Positions 17,419 to 28,516 of a stretch of DNA of 42,845 bases are shown one piece after another. The DNA comes from Solirubrobacterales bacterium (GTDB lineage: Bacteria; Actinomycetota; Thermoleophilia; Solirubrobacterales; 70-9), in contig JBOGZI010000160.1 in the NCBI GenBank assembly GCA_050697275.1, positions 1 through 42,845 on the forward strand. Direction: 5' to 3'. Made by a program: the position numbers and the translations under genes. Each line of letters starts with the position of its first letter. The first letter of the stretch is position 1. The notes beneath the pieces are model-generated. The model was not told where the DNA came from. It saw only the letters and a list, made by a program, of their open reading frames with translations, and did no database searches.

Positions 17419-18009
17419 CTAGAGGCTCGGGTAGTACTTGGCCACGTAGCCCTTGGGCTTACGCTTGGTCTTACGCCAGCGGGGCCCGCTGCCGCGCCGC
17501 ACCGGCTCGCCCACCGCGGAGGTGTCGAAGCGCCGGCCCGCCACCACCATGTAGGTGTGGCCGGCGTTGGCGTAGACCGTGATCCACCGGCCCTTCCCGA
17601 AGGTGCCCCAGCTCGAGGCGAGCGCACCCGAGGGCAGCGGGCCGTCGATCAGCCCGGCGCCGTTGAGCACGTAGCTGACCGCGCCGGAGCAGTCGTAGCC
17701 GGAGTCGAAGAAGCTCGCGTGGCCGCCGCCCCAGCGATAGGGCATCTTGCGGATCTGGTTGCCGGCGTTGATCGCAGCCACCACCTGCCAGGGGGCGCCG
17801 GCCGGCGGGATCGCCTTGCCCTTCTTGGTCACCTTCGCCTTGCTCACCGGCCCGGTGGGCGCGGTGGGCGCGGGGGCCGGCGTGGTGCTGCCCGGGGGAG
17901 GCATGCCGCCCGACTGGGCGTACGCCCCGCTCGCGCCCGCCAGCGCGCAGGCCGCGGAGAGCCCGACTACCGCGAGGCGCGCCTTGGTGGTGAGTGTGGA
18001 TGACGGCAA
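17419..18009 (-). CDS. Secreted NlpC/P60 (C40) peptidoglycan endopeptidase, paralog 1
   Basis: TTG start 7 nt after GAAGGAGA. Signal peptide ...ALAGASGAYA|Q. Catalytic signature PYRWGGGH...GYDCSGAVSYVL and downstream GHTYMV. Confidence 0.85.
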   Translation of the reverse strand: MPSSTLTTKARLAVVGLSAACALAGASGAYAQSGGMPPPGSTTPAPAPTAPTGPVSKAKVTKKGKAIPPAGAPWQVVAAINAGNQIRKMPYRWGGGHASFFDSGYDCSGAVSYVLNGAGLIDGPLPSGALASSWGTFGKGRWITVYANAGHTYMVVAGRRFDTSAVGEPVRRGSGPRWRKTKRKPKGYVAKYYPSL

Positions 18010-18017
18010 GACAAGTT

Positions 18018-18148
18018 CTCCTTCGCAGGCCTACGGGGTTAGCTGTCGGGCTGGCGCTCAAGGAGCCTGCGCCCCCACCTCGGTGGGTTCGCCCCTGTGT
18101 CTGGTTCCCCCGCTCCCGCCCTGCTTGGAGGACGGGACTCGGCGTAAC
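18018..18148 (-). promoter_or_regulatory. ydaO/yuaA-type (cyclic-di-AMP) riboswitch, copy 1
   Basis: Minus-strand RNA: ACGCCGAGUCC...GCGGGGGAACCAG...GGGGCGAACCC...GCCAGCCCGACAGCUAACCCCGUAGGCCUGCGAAGGAGA. It matches the conserved blocks of the ydaO motif (GCGGGGGACCCA / GGGGUGAAUCC / CCCGAACCCGNCAGCUAACCUCGUAAGCG). The 3' end abuts the RBS. Confidence 0.8.
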
Positions 18149-18217
18149 TGGCGCGGCACCGTAGCAAAGGTGAACGATTGCTTGCAAGCACCAACCGCAT
18201 GTACGTGACAGCTGCCA

Positions 18218-18814
18218 CTAGAGCCCCGGGAAGAACTTGGCCTTGTAGCGGCGCGCCGACCGTGCGGTGGAGCGCCAGCGCGGGCCGCTACCGCGTCGCA
18301 GCGACTCGCCGACCGCTGAGGTGTCCCAGCGCAGGCCGGCGATCACCACGTAGGTGTGGCCCTTGTTGGCGTAGACCGTGATCCACTGCCCCGTCCCCCG
18401 GGAGCCCCAGCGCCGCGCCAGGTCCCCGGAGGTCATCGGCCGCTTCTTCAGCAGCCCGGCGGCGTGCAGCACGTAGCTGACCGCGCCCGAGCAGTCATAG
18501 CCCTTCGCCGCCTTCCAGTTGCGGTGCCCCCCGCCCCAGCGATACGGCTTGAAGCGGATCCGGTTGGCGGCGTTGATCGCCTTGCGGACGTTCCGGGGAG
18601 CGTCCGCGGGCGCGACGGCGCTGCCGTCCGCCTGCAACGTGGCGACGCCCATCGTCGTGGAGGTCGGCACGGTGGGCGTCGTGCTCGTTCCCGTGCTGCC
18701 CGGCGCTGCCGCGCCACCCGTCTGTGCCGAGGCGGACGTGGCGCCCGCCAGGGTCCCGGCGAGAAGCAGCCCCGCCAGGCCAAGCTTCTGAGCCCTGCTC
18801 GCTCTGTTGCGCAA
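18218..18814 (-). CDS. Secreted NlpC/P60 (C40) peptidoglycan endopeptidase, paralog 2
   Basis: I place the start at TTG 18814 (GAAGGAGA, 5-nt spacer, UUG; product MRNRASRAQKLGLAGLLLAGTLAGATSASA|Q). The track start 18970 would translate through the riboswitch. Catalytic motifs: PYRWGGGH...GYDCSGAVSYVL...GHTYVV. Confidence 0.8.
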   Translation of the reverse strand: MRNRASRAQKLGLAGLLLAGTLAGATSASAQTGGAAAPGSTGTSTTPTVPTSTTMGVATLQADGSAVAPADAPRNVRKAINAANRIRFKPYRWGGGHRNWKAAKGYDCSGAVSYVLHAAGLLKKRPMTSGDLARRWGSRGTGQWITVYANKGHTYVVIAGLRWDTSAVGESLRRGSGPRWRSTARSARRYKAKFFPGL

Positions 18815-18821
18815 AACCGAT

Positions 18822-18956
18822 CTCCTTCGTCGGCCTACGGGGTTAGCTGACGGGCTGGCGCTAAAGGAGCCTGCGCCCCACCCCTGGGTGGTTCGCCCCG
18901 AACTGGTTGGTTCCCCCGTTCCCGCCCTCCCTGCTTGGGGACGAGATTCGGCGTTT
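18822..18956 (-). promoter_or_regulatory. ydaO/yuaA-type (cyclic-di-AMP) riboswitch, copy 2
   Basis: Minus-strand RNA: AACGCCGAAUCUCG...ACGGGGGAACCAAC...GGGGCGAACCACCCAGGGGUGGGG...GCCAGCCCGUCAGCUAACCCCGUAGGCCGACGAAGGAGA. About 80% identical to copy 1. Differences in one hairpin preserve pairing (CCCACCgagGUGGG vs CCACCCaggGGUGG). Confidence 0.8.
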
Positions 18957-19063
18957 TGCAAGCGCGGCAAGCTAGCAGATGGATGAGCGTTCGCTCACAC
19001 GATGTTCCCTGGCTGACCCCGGCCTCGGCCGGGCTGAGCCCGGCCGCCGTGTAGGTTGCCCGC

Positions 19064-19870
19064 GTGAAGCTCGAGGGGAAGCGCGTGCTGCTGAGCGGCG
19101 CCACCGGAGGACTCGGGCAGGCGATCGCCGCGCAGCTCGCCTCGCAGGGGGCGAACCTCGTGCTCAGCTCGCGGCGGCTCAAGGAGCTGCAGGAGCTGGC
19201 GCGCTCGCTGCCGGGCGGGGCGAGGCGGCACGAGGTTGTCGTCGCCGATCTCGCCGGGTCCGGAGCTGCGGAAGAGCTCGTGCGCCAGTCGGGCGACCTC
19301 GACGGGCTAGTCGCGAACGCCGCGCTTCCCGGCGTCGGAACGATCGATCGGCTCAGCAAGGAGGAGGTGTTGCGCACGCTGCGGGTCAACCTCGAGGCGC
19401 CGATCCTGATGAGTCGCGAGCTGGCGCCGGCGCTGATCGAGAGCGGCGAGGGGCAGATCGTCTTCATCTCCTCGCTGAACGGCAAGGTGGGCACCCCCCG
19501 CACCGCGATCTACTGCACGACGAAGTTCGGGCTGCGCGGCTTCGCGCTCGCGTTGCGCGAGGACCTGCTGCCGAAGGGCGTCGGGGTCTCGATCGTCTCC
19601 CCTGGGTTCATCCGGGAGGCGGGCATGTTCCACGACTCCGGCGTGAAGGCGCCGCCGGGGCTGGGCACGACCACTCCCGAGAGCGTGGGGAAGGCGGTGG
19701 TCCGCGCCATCCGCCGGAACCGCTCCGAGGTCGAGCCGGCGACCCGACGGCTACGCCTCGTCACCGCCTTCGCCCACCGGCATCCCGAGCTCGCCGCGCG
19801 CGTGGGCCGCCGCGGCGGCGCCGAGCGGATCGCCGACGACCTCGTCTCCGGCCACGCGGGGAAGCGCTAG
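19064..19870 (+). CDS. Short-chain dehydrogenase/reductase (SDR) family oxidoreductase
   Basis: GTG start, 268 aa. TGxxxGxG (SGATGGLG), NAA, catalytic S...YxxxK (SSLNG...YCTTK). Confidence 0.85.
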   Translation: MKLEGKRVLLSGATGGLGQAIAAQLASQGANLVLSSRRLKELQELARSLPGGARRHEVVVADLAGSGAAEELVRQSGDLDGLVANAALPGVGTIDRLSKEEVLRTLRVNLEAPILMSRELAPALIESGEGQIVFISSLNGKVGTPRTAIYCTTKFGLRGFALALREDLLPKGVGVSIVSPGFIREAGMFHDSGVKAPPGLGTTTPESVGKAVVRAIRRNRSEVEPATRRLRLVTAFAHRHPELAARVGRRGGAERIADDLVSGHAGKR

Positions 19871-19915
19871 GGCGATGCATGTTTGCCGGCCCTTGGCGCT
19901 GCCTAGACTGAGACT

Positions 19916-22765
<2,850 letters not shown>

Positions 22766-22885
22766 CCAGGCCTGAAGGCCCCGCAGAGGGAGAGGTGGCG
22801 TGGCGGGGCCGCGGGAGGCAGGGGGTCCACGCGGCCCGCGCCACGCCTGCGCGTCGGTAGCCAGGGAGGGATTTCCGACGCGATC

Positions 22886-22934
22886 GTCCCCGGAGGCGGG
22901 ACTGGCCCGGGGACGAGCTTTACGTTTTCGTCCC
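22886..22934. terminator. Overlapping hairpins in the convergent acnA / membrane-protein intergenic region (possible bidirectional terminator)
   Basis: gtccccgg-N13-ccggggac (22886-22914) is followed by gagcuuuacguuuucg. gggacga-N11-tcgtccc (22910-22934) overlaps it. Confidence 0.4.
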
Positions 22935-23015
22935 TGCCCCGGTGATTATCCACCTATTGGTCGCGCGGTGTCAATACCCCGTTTCGGACGAGGGCGCGCC
23001 GCGGTTCGGGCCGGC

Positions 23016-23357
23016 TCAGCGCTGCCGCGCCGCCGGCGCCTCCACTCCCCAGCCGCGGCGCTCGATCAGCTCGACGCCGACCACGCTGCCGAACGGGCCC
23101 ACTGGCGTCAGCGTGGCCGCCAGCAGGGGCCAGGGCGCCTCGCGTCGCAGGATCGCGGCACCGATCAGCAGGCAGAGGCCGATGTAGCCGAGTCCGTGGG
23201 CGAGGCCGGAGATCGAGGTCTGGTGCTCATAGCCGGGGGCGAGCCAGAAGAAGAGCAGGGCGCAGAACAGCCCGCTCTCGAACCAGGAGGCGGCCTTCAC
23301 CCAGCGGAACAGCGGCCCCGGGACCGGGCGCCGCAGCGGCTCGACGGAGGCGTCCAC
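23016..23357 (-). CDS. Small integral membrane protein (DUF3817-like pattern)
   Basis: 113 aa with 3 predicted TM helices. The pattern FRWVKAASWFESGLF...GLAHGLGYIGLCLL...PVGPFGS resembles DUF3817 proteins. Not verified. Confidence 0.5.
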   Translation of the reverse strand: MDASVEPLRRPVPGPLFRWVKAASWFESGLFCALLFFWLAPGYEHQTSISGLAHGLGYIGLCLLIGAAILRREAPWPLLAATLTPVGPFGSVVGVELIERRGWGVEAPAARQR

Positions 23358-23453
23358 GGGCCCAAGCTAGCGCCCCGCCGCCGGCGATCGCGCACGCCTC
23401 GACACCGGTCCAAACACCTGACCCGATCTTTGGACCGCGGGCCATGGGAGGAG

Positions 23454-23669
23454 ATGGCCGCGGCGGGGATGATCGGCGCCATGATCCAGACCAGTAGATC
23501 CACGCGGTCGGGCTCCCGCATGCGGCGGATGATCGGCGTCCAGCGCTCCTACCGGTGCGAGAGCTGCCGGGCGGAGTCGCGAAGCTGGGGCCGACTCAGC
23601 AGGTGCCCGCGGTGCGGCGACTCCCTCTCCGTCGCGGTGATCAGGCGCGCGGCCTTCGCCCGGGCGTAG
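23454..23669 (+). CDS. Candidate small zinc-ribbon protein
   Basis: It is the 3' part of track ORF 22800..23669. ATG 23454 sits directly after gggaggag, so spacing is poor; the alternative ATG is at 23520. It contains CESC-x13-CPRC. Coding status is uncertain. Confidence 0.3.
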   Translation: MAAAGMIGAMIQTSRSTRSGSRMRRMIGVQRSYRCESCRAESRSWGRLSRCPRCGDSLSVAVIRRAAFARA

Positions 23670-26600
23670 TTACGCCGGATCCGCCTTGCCGAGCAGGGAG
23701 GTGAGCACGATCCGCTCCTGCTCCTTGGTGTGGGCGACGGCGTAGCCCTCGCCCGGGCTGGCCCGCGGCGGGCGCCCGACGTAGCCGAGCTCAACTCCCT
23801 CGGGCAGCAGCTCGGGCATCCGCCGCTGCATCACCGACCAGGCGCCCATGTTGCGCGGCTCCTCCTGCACCCAGACGATCTCCTTGAGGTTCGGGTAGTC
23901 GGAGATCAGCTTGGCGATCTGATCCTTGGCGAAGGGATAGAGCAGCTCGACGCGGGCGACGGCGACGTTCTCGGTCTCCTCTCGCTTCGGGGCCGCGTCG
24001 ATGTCGTAGTAGATCTTCCCGCTGCAGAGGACCAGGCGCTCGACCGCGGCCTTGCGGTCCACCGCACGCGGGTCGTCCAGGACGAACCGGAACGAGCCGA
24101 AGGAGAGCTCGGGCAGGGTCGAGGTCGCCCGCGGCAGGCGCAGCAGGCCCTTGGGCGTGGCGACGACCATCGGTCGGGCCTTGGCGATCAGCGCCTGGCG
24201 GCGCAGCAGGTGGAAGTACTGCGCGGCCGTGGTCGGGTTGGCGAGCCTTATGTTCCCCTCGGCCGCGAGCTGGATGAAGCGCTCGATCCGGGCGCTGGAG
24301 TGCTCGGGCCCTGCCCCCTCGTAGCCGTGCGGCAGCAGCAGGGTGAGGCGGGTCATCTGCCCCCACTTCGCCTCCCCCGAGACGATGAAGCTGTCGATCG
24401 CCACCTGCGCGGCGTTGCCGAAGTCCCCGAACTGCGCCTCCCAGAGGACCAGGCTGTCGGGCGAGGCGGCCGAGTAGCCGTACTCGAAGCCGAGGCAGGC
24501 AGCCTCCGAGAGCGGGCTGTTGTGAAGCTCGAAGGGGGCCCTGGCGCCGGATATGTTCTGGATCGGGGCGTAGCGCAGGCCCGTCTTCTCGTCGTGCAGG
24601 ACCAGGTGTCGATGGGAGAAGGTGCCGCGCTCGGTGTCCTGACCGGTGAGGCGGAGGTGGACCCCCTCGGTCAGCAGCGAGGCGAAGGCGAGCGCCTCGG
24701 CGTGGCCGAACTCGATCCCGCCCTCGTCCATCGCGTCGAGCCGCTTGCCGAGCGGCTTGCGGAGCTTGCGGTGGATCGTGAAGCTGTCGGGGACGCGCAG
24801 CAGCTCCTCGTTCAGCTCGCGGATGCGGTCCTCCGAGACGGCCGTCTCGACGTTCGGGCTGCGCCTGCGGTCCAGCTCGCCGGTCCCGGAGGCGGTCGGG
24901 TCCTGGTAGTCCCCCGCCTCGATCTTCTGACGGAGCTCGTCGTGGTCGGCCTTCAGCGTCCCCTGGCGCTTCTCGCGGCGGCCCTCGACCTCGTCGGAGG
25001 TGACGATGCCCTCGCGCACCAGCTCCTCCGCATAGAGCTGGCTGACCGGCGGGTGCTGCTTGATCTTCGCCGCCATCAGCGGCTGGGTATAGGCCGGCTC
25101 GTCCGTCTCGTTGTGACCGAAGCGGCGGTAGCCGATCAGGTCGATCACCACGTCACGGCCCCAGCGCTCCCGGTAGGCCATCGCCAGGCGGATCGCCGCC
25201 ACCGAGGCCTCTGGTGCGTCGGCGTTGACGTGGATGATCGGCACGTTGAACCCCTTCGCCATGTCGGCCGCGTAGGGGGTGGAGCGTCCCTCCTCCGGGT
25301 CGGTGGTGAAGCCGATCTGGTTGTTCTGGATGATGTGGATCGTGCCGCCGGTGCTGTAGCCGGCGAGCGACTGGAGGTTGAGCGTTTCGGCGACCACGCC
25401 TTGGGCCGGGAAGGCGGCGTCGCCGTGGAGGAGCACGGGCACGGCGGCGGCCGGGTCGTGGTCCAGGTGCGAGTTCTCGCGCCGGGTCTGGGAGGCCCGC
25501 GCGGCGCCTTCGACGACCGGATCGACGAACTCGAGGTGGCTGGGATTCGGATAGAGCCGCACCCCGATCTCCTTGCCGTCCCCGGTGGTGAAGGTGCCGT
25601 CGTGCCCGTAGTGGTATTTGACGTCTCCGGTGCCGCCGGTCGGAATCGCCGCCAGCGACTTGACCGCCTCGATCACTTTCGCCCCCTCGAACTCGGCCAG
25701 GATCGCCTCCACCGGCCGGCCGATGTTGTGGGCGAGGACGCTGAGGCGCCCGCGGTGGGCCATCCCGATCACGACGTCCTGCGCGCCCTCGCTGTGGGCC
25801 ATCTCGAACAGCTCGTCGAGCATCGGCACCACCACGTCGAGCCCCTCGATCGAGAACATCTTCTGGCCGAGGTAGGCCCTTTCCAGGTAGCGCTCGAAGC
25901 CGAAGACCTCGATCAGCCGCTCGAGCAGCGCTCGCTTCTCGTCGGGCTCGAGCGGCTTGCGGTGCCAGCCCGTCTCGATCATCTCGCGCAGCCAGACGCG
26001 CTGCTGGTGCGAGGAGAGGTGTTCGACCTGGTAGGTGATCGGGCCGCAGTAGGCCTCCCGCATGCGGGGCAGCGCGTCGAGCAGCGTCTCGCCCTCGACC
26101 CCGATGCGGAGGATCTCCGCGGGGATCTTCGCCATCAGCTCCGGGGTGAGGTTGAGGTTCTCCGGCTCGAGCGCCGGGTCGCCCTTCGGCTCGGAGCCGA
26201 GCGGGTCGAGCCGGGCCGCGAGGTGGCCGTGGGTGCGGTAGGCCTTGAGCAGGGAGGTCGCGGCTTGCACGGCCTGGAGCAGCTCCTGGTCCGCCGCGGC
26301 CACGGCCGAGGGCTCCGCCGCCGGGGCGGTCGCCAGAGCGGCCGCGGACGCCGCCGCCGGATGGGCATTGCTGATCACGGAGGGGTCGACCTCCAGGTCG
26401 GTTGCGACGTTCTCGTAGAAGGAGTCCTCGCCCTGGAGCAGCTCCTCGATCCGCCGCAGGAAGGAGCCCGACTCGGCGCCCTGGATGATGCGGTGGTCGT
26501 AGGTCGAGGTCATCGTCATCACCTTCGAGATGCCGAGCTCCTTGACCCGGTCCTGGGGGGCGTGCGCCCACTCGACCGGATAGGCGAGCGACCCGCAGGC

Positions 26601-28052
26601 GACGATCGTGCCCTGGCCGGTCATCAGCCGCGGCACGGAGGCGACGGTGCCGAGACCGCCGGGGTTGGTGAGGGTGATGTTGGTGCCCTGGAAGTCGTCG
26701 GCGGTGAGGCTGTTCTCCCGCGTCTTGGTGATCAGCTCCTCGTAGTAGCTGTGGAAGGCGCGGAAGTCGAGCGAGTCGGCGCCCTTGATGCAGGGGACCA
26801 TCAGCGACCGCTGGCCCTTGCGCTCGACATCGACCGCGATCCCGAGGTTGATCGAGGCGGGCTCGGCCATGGCGGGCTTGCCGTCCTCCTCCGCGAAGGC
26901 CCGACCCATCACCCGCCACTCCTGCGCGGCCTTGACGATCGCCCAGGCGATCAGGTGGGTGAAGCTGATCTTCATCCCCCGCTCCTTCAGCACCACGTTG
27001 AGCGCCTTTCGCTTGGCGTCGAGGGTGTCCACCGCGAGGGTCCGGAAAGAGGTCGCCGTCGGGATCGAGCGGCTCTCCTCCATCGCCTTGGCGAGCATCG
27101 CCGCGGGCCCCCGCAGCGCCTTGACCTCGCCCGCGGCGGCGGGTGGCGCGCTCGGCGCGGCCTTCCCGTCACCGGCCGAGAGCACGTCGGCCTTGGTGAT
27201 CTTGCCGCCGGGGCCGGTTCCCTTGACGCTCTTCAGGTCCACTCCGTTCGCCTGTGCGGCGCGTCGAGCCACCGGGGTGACGCGCTTGCCGTCCACCGTT
27301 TCCACGGCTTCGCCATCAACGGCCACCTCCTCCGCTTCGCGTCCGGCGGCGGCCGGTTCGGGCGCGTCTGGCTTGGCAACCCTGGTCGCGTCGGAATCCC
27401 CGGAGGGGGCGGCGCCCTTAGTCATCTCCGCCAGCGGCTTGCCGACCTCGATGGTCTCGTCGGGCTGGACGAGGATCTTGTCGATCGCCCCCGAGGCCGG
27501 GGCGGGGACCTCGGCGTCCACCTTGTCGGTGGAGACCTCGACCACGGTCTGCCCCTCCTCGACCGCGTCCCCCTCGGAGACGTGCCACTCGAGCACGGTC
27601 CCCTCGGTCACCGACTCGCCCATCTCGGGCATCGCGATCTCGAGCCGGTCGCCGCCCAGATCTCTCCCGGCGGAGACCGAGGCGTCCTCGGTGGTCGCCT
27701 TCTCGGCGGTGGCGCCCGCGCCGTTACCTGACGAATCCTCAGCCTTGGCGGGCTCCTCGGCGTCGGGAGCCGGCGCCTTCTCCTTCGCTTCCGGAGGCCC
27801 GCCGTTCGGGTCGATCTCGGCCAGCTCCTTGCCGACCTCGACCGTCTCGTCGGGCTGGACCATGATCCTGGTGACGGTTCCCGAGGCCGGCGCCGGTACC
27901 TCGGCGTCGACCTTGTCGGTCGAGACCTCGACCATCGTCTGGCCCTCCTCGACCGCATCCCCTTCCGAGACATGCCACTCGAGCACGGTGCCCTCGGTCA
28001 CCGACTCGCCCATCTCGGGCATCAGAAGCTGGACCCTCTGCTTCGTGGCCAT
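23670..28052 (-). CDS. kgd: Multifunctional 2-oxoglutarate dehydrogenase: 2 lipoyl domains + E3-binding domain + E2o succinyltransferase core + E1o (Kgd/OdhA-type) in one 1460-aa polypeptide
   Basis: Lipoyl 1 is aa ~5-80 and lipoyl 2 aa ~137-210 (both ...VSTDKVDAEVPAPASG...). PSBD is VTPVARRAAQANGVDLKSVKGTGPGGKITKADVL (aa ~258-291). The E2 core ends in TSTYDHRIIQGAESGSFL (aa ~310-545). The E1o/ThDP region follows (GMAHRGRLSVLAH, HGDAAF, LLPHGYEGAGPEHSSARIERF). Confidence 0.9.
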   Translation of the reverse strand: MATKQRVQLLMPEMGESVTEGTVLEWHVSEGDAVEEGQTMVEVSTDKVDAEVPAPASGTVTRIMVQPDETVEVGKELAEIDPNGGPPEAKEKAPAPDAEEPAKAEDSSGNGAGATAEKATTEDASVSAGRDLGGDRLEIAMPEMGESVTEGTVLEWHVSEGDAVEEGQTVVEVSTDKVDAEVPAPASGAIDKILVQPDETIEVGKPLAEMTKGAAPSGDSDATRVAKPDAPEPAAAGREAEEVAVDGEAVETVDGKRVTPVARRAAQANGVDLKSVKGTGPGGKITKADVLSAGDGKAAPSAPPAAAGEVKALRGPAAMLAKAMEESRSIPTATSFRTLAVDTLDAKRKALNVVLKERGMKISFTHLIAWAIVKAAQEWRVMGRAFAEEDGKPAMAEPASINLGIAVDVERKGQRSLMVPCIKGADSLDFRAFHSYYEELITKTRENSLTADDFQGTNITLTNPGGLGTVASVPRLMTGQGTIVACGSLAYPVEWAHAPQDRVKELGISKVMTMTSTYDHRIIQGAESGSFLRRIEELLQGEDSFYENVATDLEVDPSVISNAHPAAASAAALATAPAAEPSAVAAADQELLQAVQAATSLLKAYRTHGHLAARLDPLGSEPKGDPALEPENLNLTPELMAKIPAEILRIGVEGETLLDALPRMREAYCGPITYQVEHLSSHQQRVWLREMIETGWHRKPLEPDEKRALLERLIEVFGFERYLERAYLGQKMFSIEGLDVVVPMLDELFEMAHSEGAQDVVIGMAHRGRLSVLAHNIGRPVEAILAEFEGAKVIEAVKSLAAIPTGGTGDVKYHYGHDGTFTTGDGKEIGVRLYPNPSHLEFVDPVVEGAARASQTRRENSHLDHDPAAAVPVLLHGDAAFPAQGVVAETLNLQSLAGYSTGGTIHIIQNNQIGFTTDPEEGRSTPYAADMAKGFNVPIIHVNADAPEASVAAIRLAMAYRERWGRDVVIDLIGYRRFGHNETDEPAYTQPLMAAKIKQHPPVSQLYAEELVREGIVTSDEVEGRREKRQGTLKADHDELRQKIEAGDYQDPTASGTGELDRRRSPNVETAVSEDRIRELNEELLRVPDSFTIHRKLRKPLGKRLDAMDEGGIEFGHAEALAFASLLTEGVHLRLTGQDTERGTFSHRHLVLHDEKTGLRYAPIQNISGARAPFELHNSPLSEAACLGFEYGYSAASPDSLVLWEAQFGDFGNAAQVAIDSFIVSGEAKWGQMTRLTLLLPHGYEGAGPEHSSARIERFIQLAAEGNIRLANPTTAAQYFHLLRRQALIAKARPMVVATPKGLLRLPRATSTLPELSFGSFRFVLDDPRAVDRKAAVERLVLCSGKIYYDIDAAPKREETENVAVARVELLYPFAKDQIAKLISDYPNLKEIVWVQEEPRNMGAWSVMQRRMPELLPEGVELGYVGRPPRASPGEGYAVAHTKEQERIVLTSLLGKADPA

Positions 28053-28110
28053 TAGCTCCGTCTAACTCTATGAGGTTCCCCAAATGCGGCTGAAGGGAAC
28101 CGTGCTCGGT

Positions 28111-28392
28111 TCAGCCGAGCCGGGCGATCAGCTCCACGCTCGGCCAGCCGTGGCGGTGGATGTAGTGGCGGGTCGGCGCGACCTGCTCGCAGAAGGCGCA
28201 GGCGATCTCCTCGTCCCAGCCCACCGGGGCGCTCAGCGCGATCGGGACCCCGCATTCGGGGCAGGCGAGCGAGCGGGTGCCGAGCCAGGCCGCCCGCTCC
28301 GCGGCGCGCAGCTCGATCTCGGCCCCGTTCGCTCGGAGCTCGTCCTCCCGCTCGGGATCGGGCGAGGACTGGGGATCGAGGTGAAGCGACAC
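28111..28392 (-). CDS. Hypothetical small zinc-ribbon protein immediately upstream of kgd
   Basis: CPEC-x21-CAFC. The start is uncertain between GTG 28392 and the track start 28473. Stop is 58 nt upstream of the kgd start on the same strand. Confidence 0.4.
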   Translation of the reverse strand: MSLHLDPQSSPDPEREDELRANGAEIELRAAERAAWLGTRSLACPECGVPIALSAPVGWDEEIACAFCEQVAPTRHYIHRHGWPSVELIARLG

Positions 28393-28516
28393 ACCTTGAT
28401 TATTGCGCTCGGAGAAGCCGGGGCCCTCCGGGCGGGTCGCCGCTCGGTGTAAGTTCCGCGATGGCCGTCCCACGGACCCGACGCGGAGGAGATGGCGAGC
28501 TTATGTTGGAGGAGAG

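Noticed and set aside
23730-27731. Very long ORFs antisense to real genes. Examples: 23730..27731 (+, 1333 aa), 19985..22114 (-), 28400..30184 (-), 13485..15170 (-), 10364..11590 (-), 11672..12808 (-), 39492..41072 (-), 5589..6602 (+), 40439..41677 (+).
   Set aside because: Their translations are Arg/Gly/Pro/Ala-rich low-complexity sequence with no recognisable motifs. Each lies opposite a gene with clear family signatures. This is the expected stop-codon-poor artefact of ~70% GC DNA.
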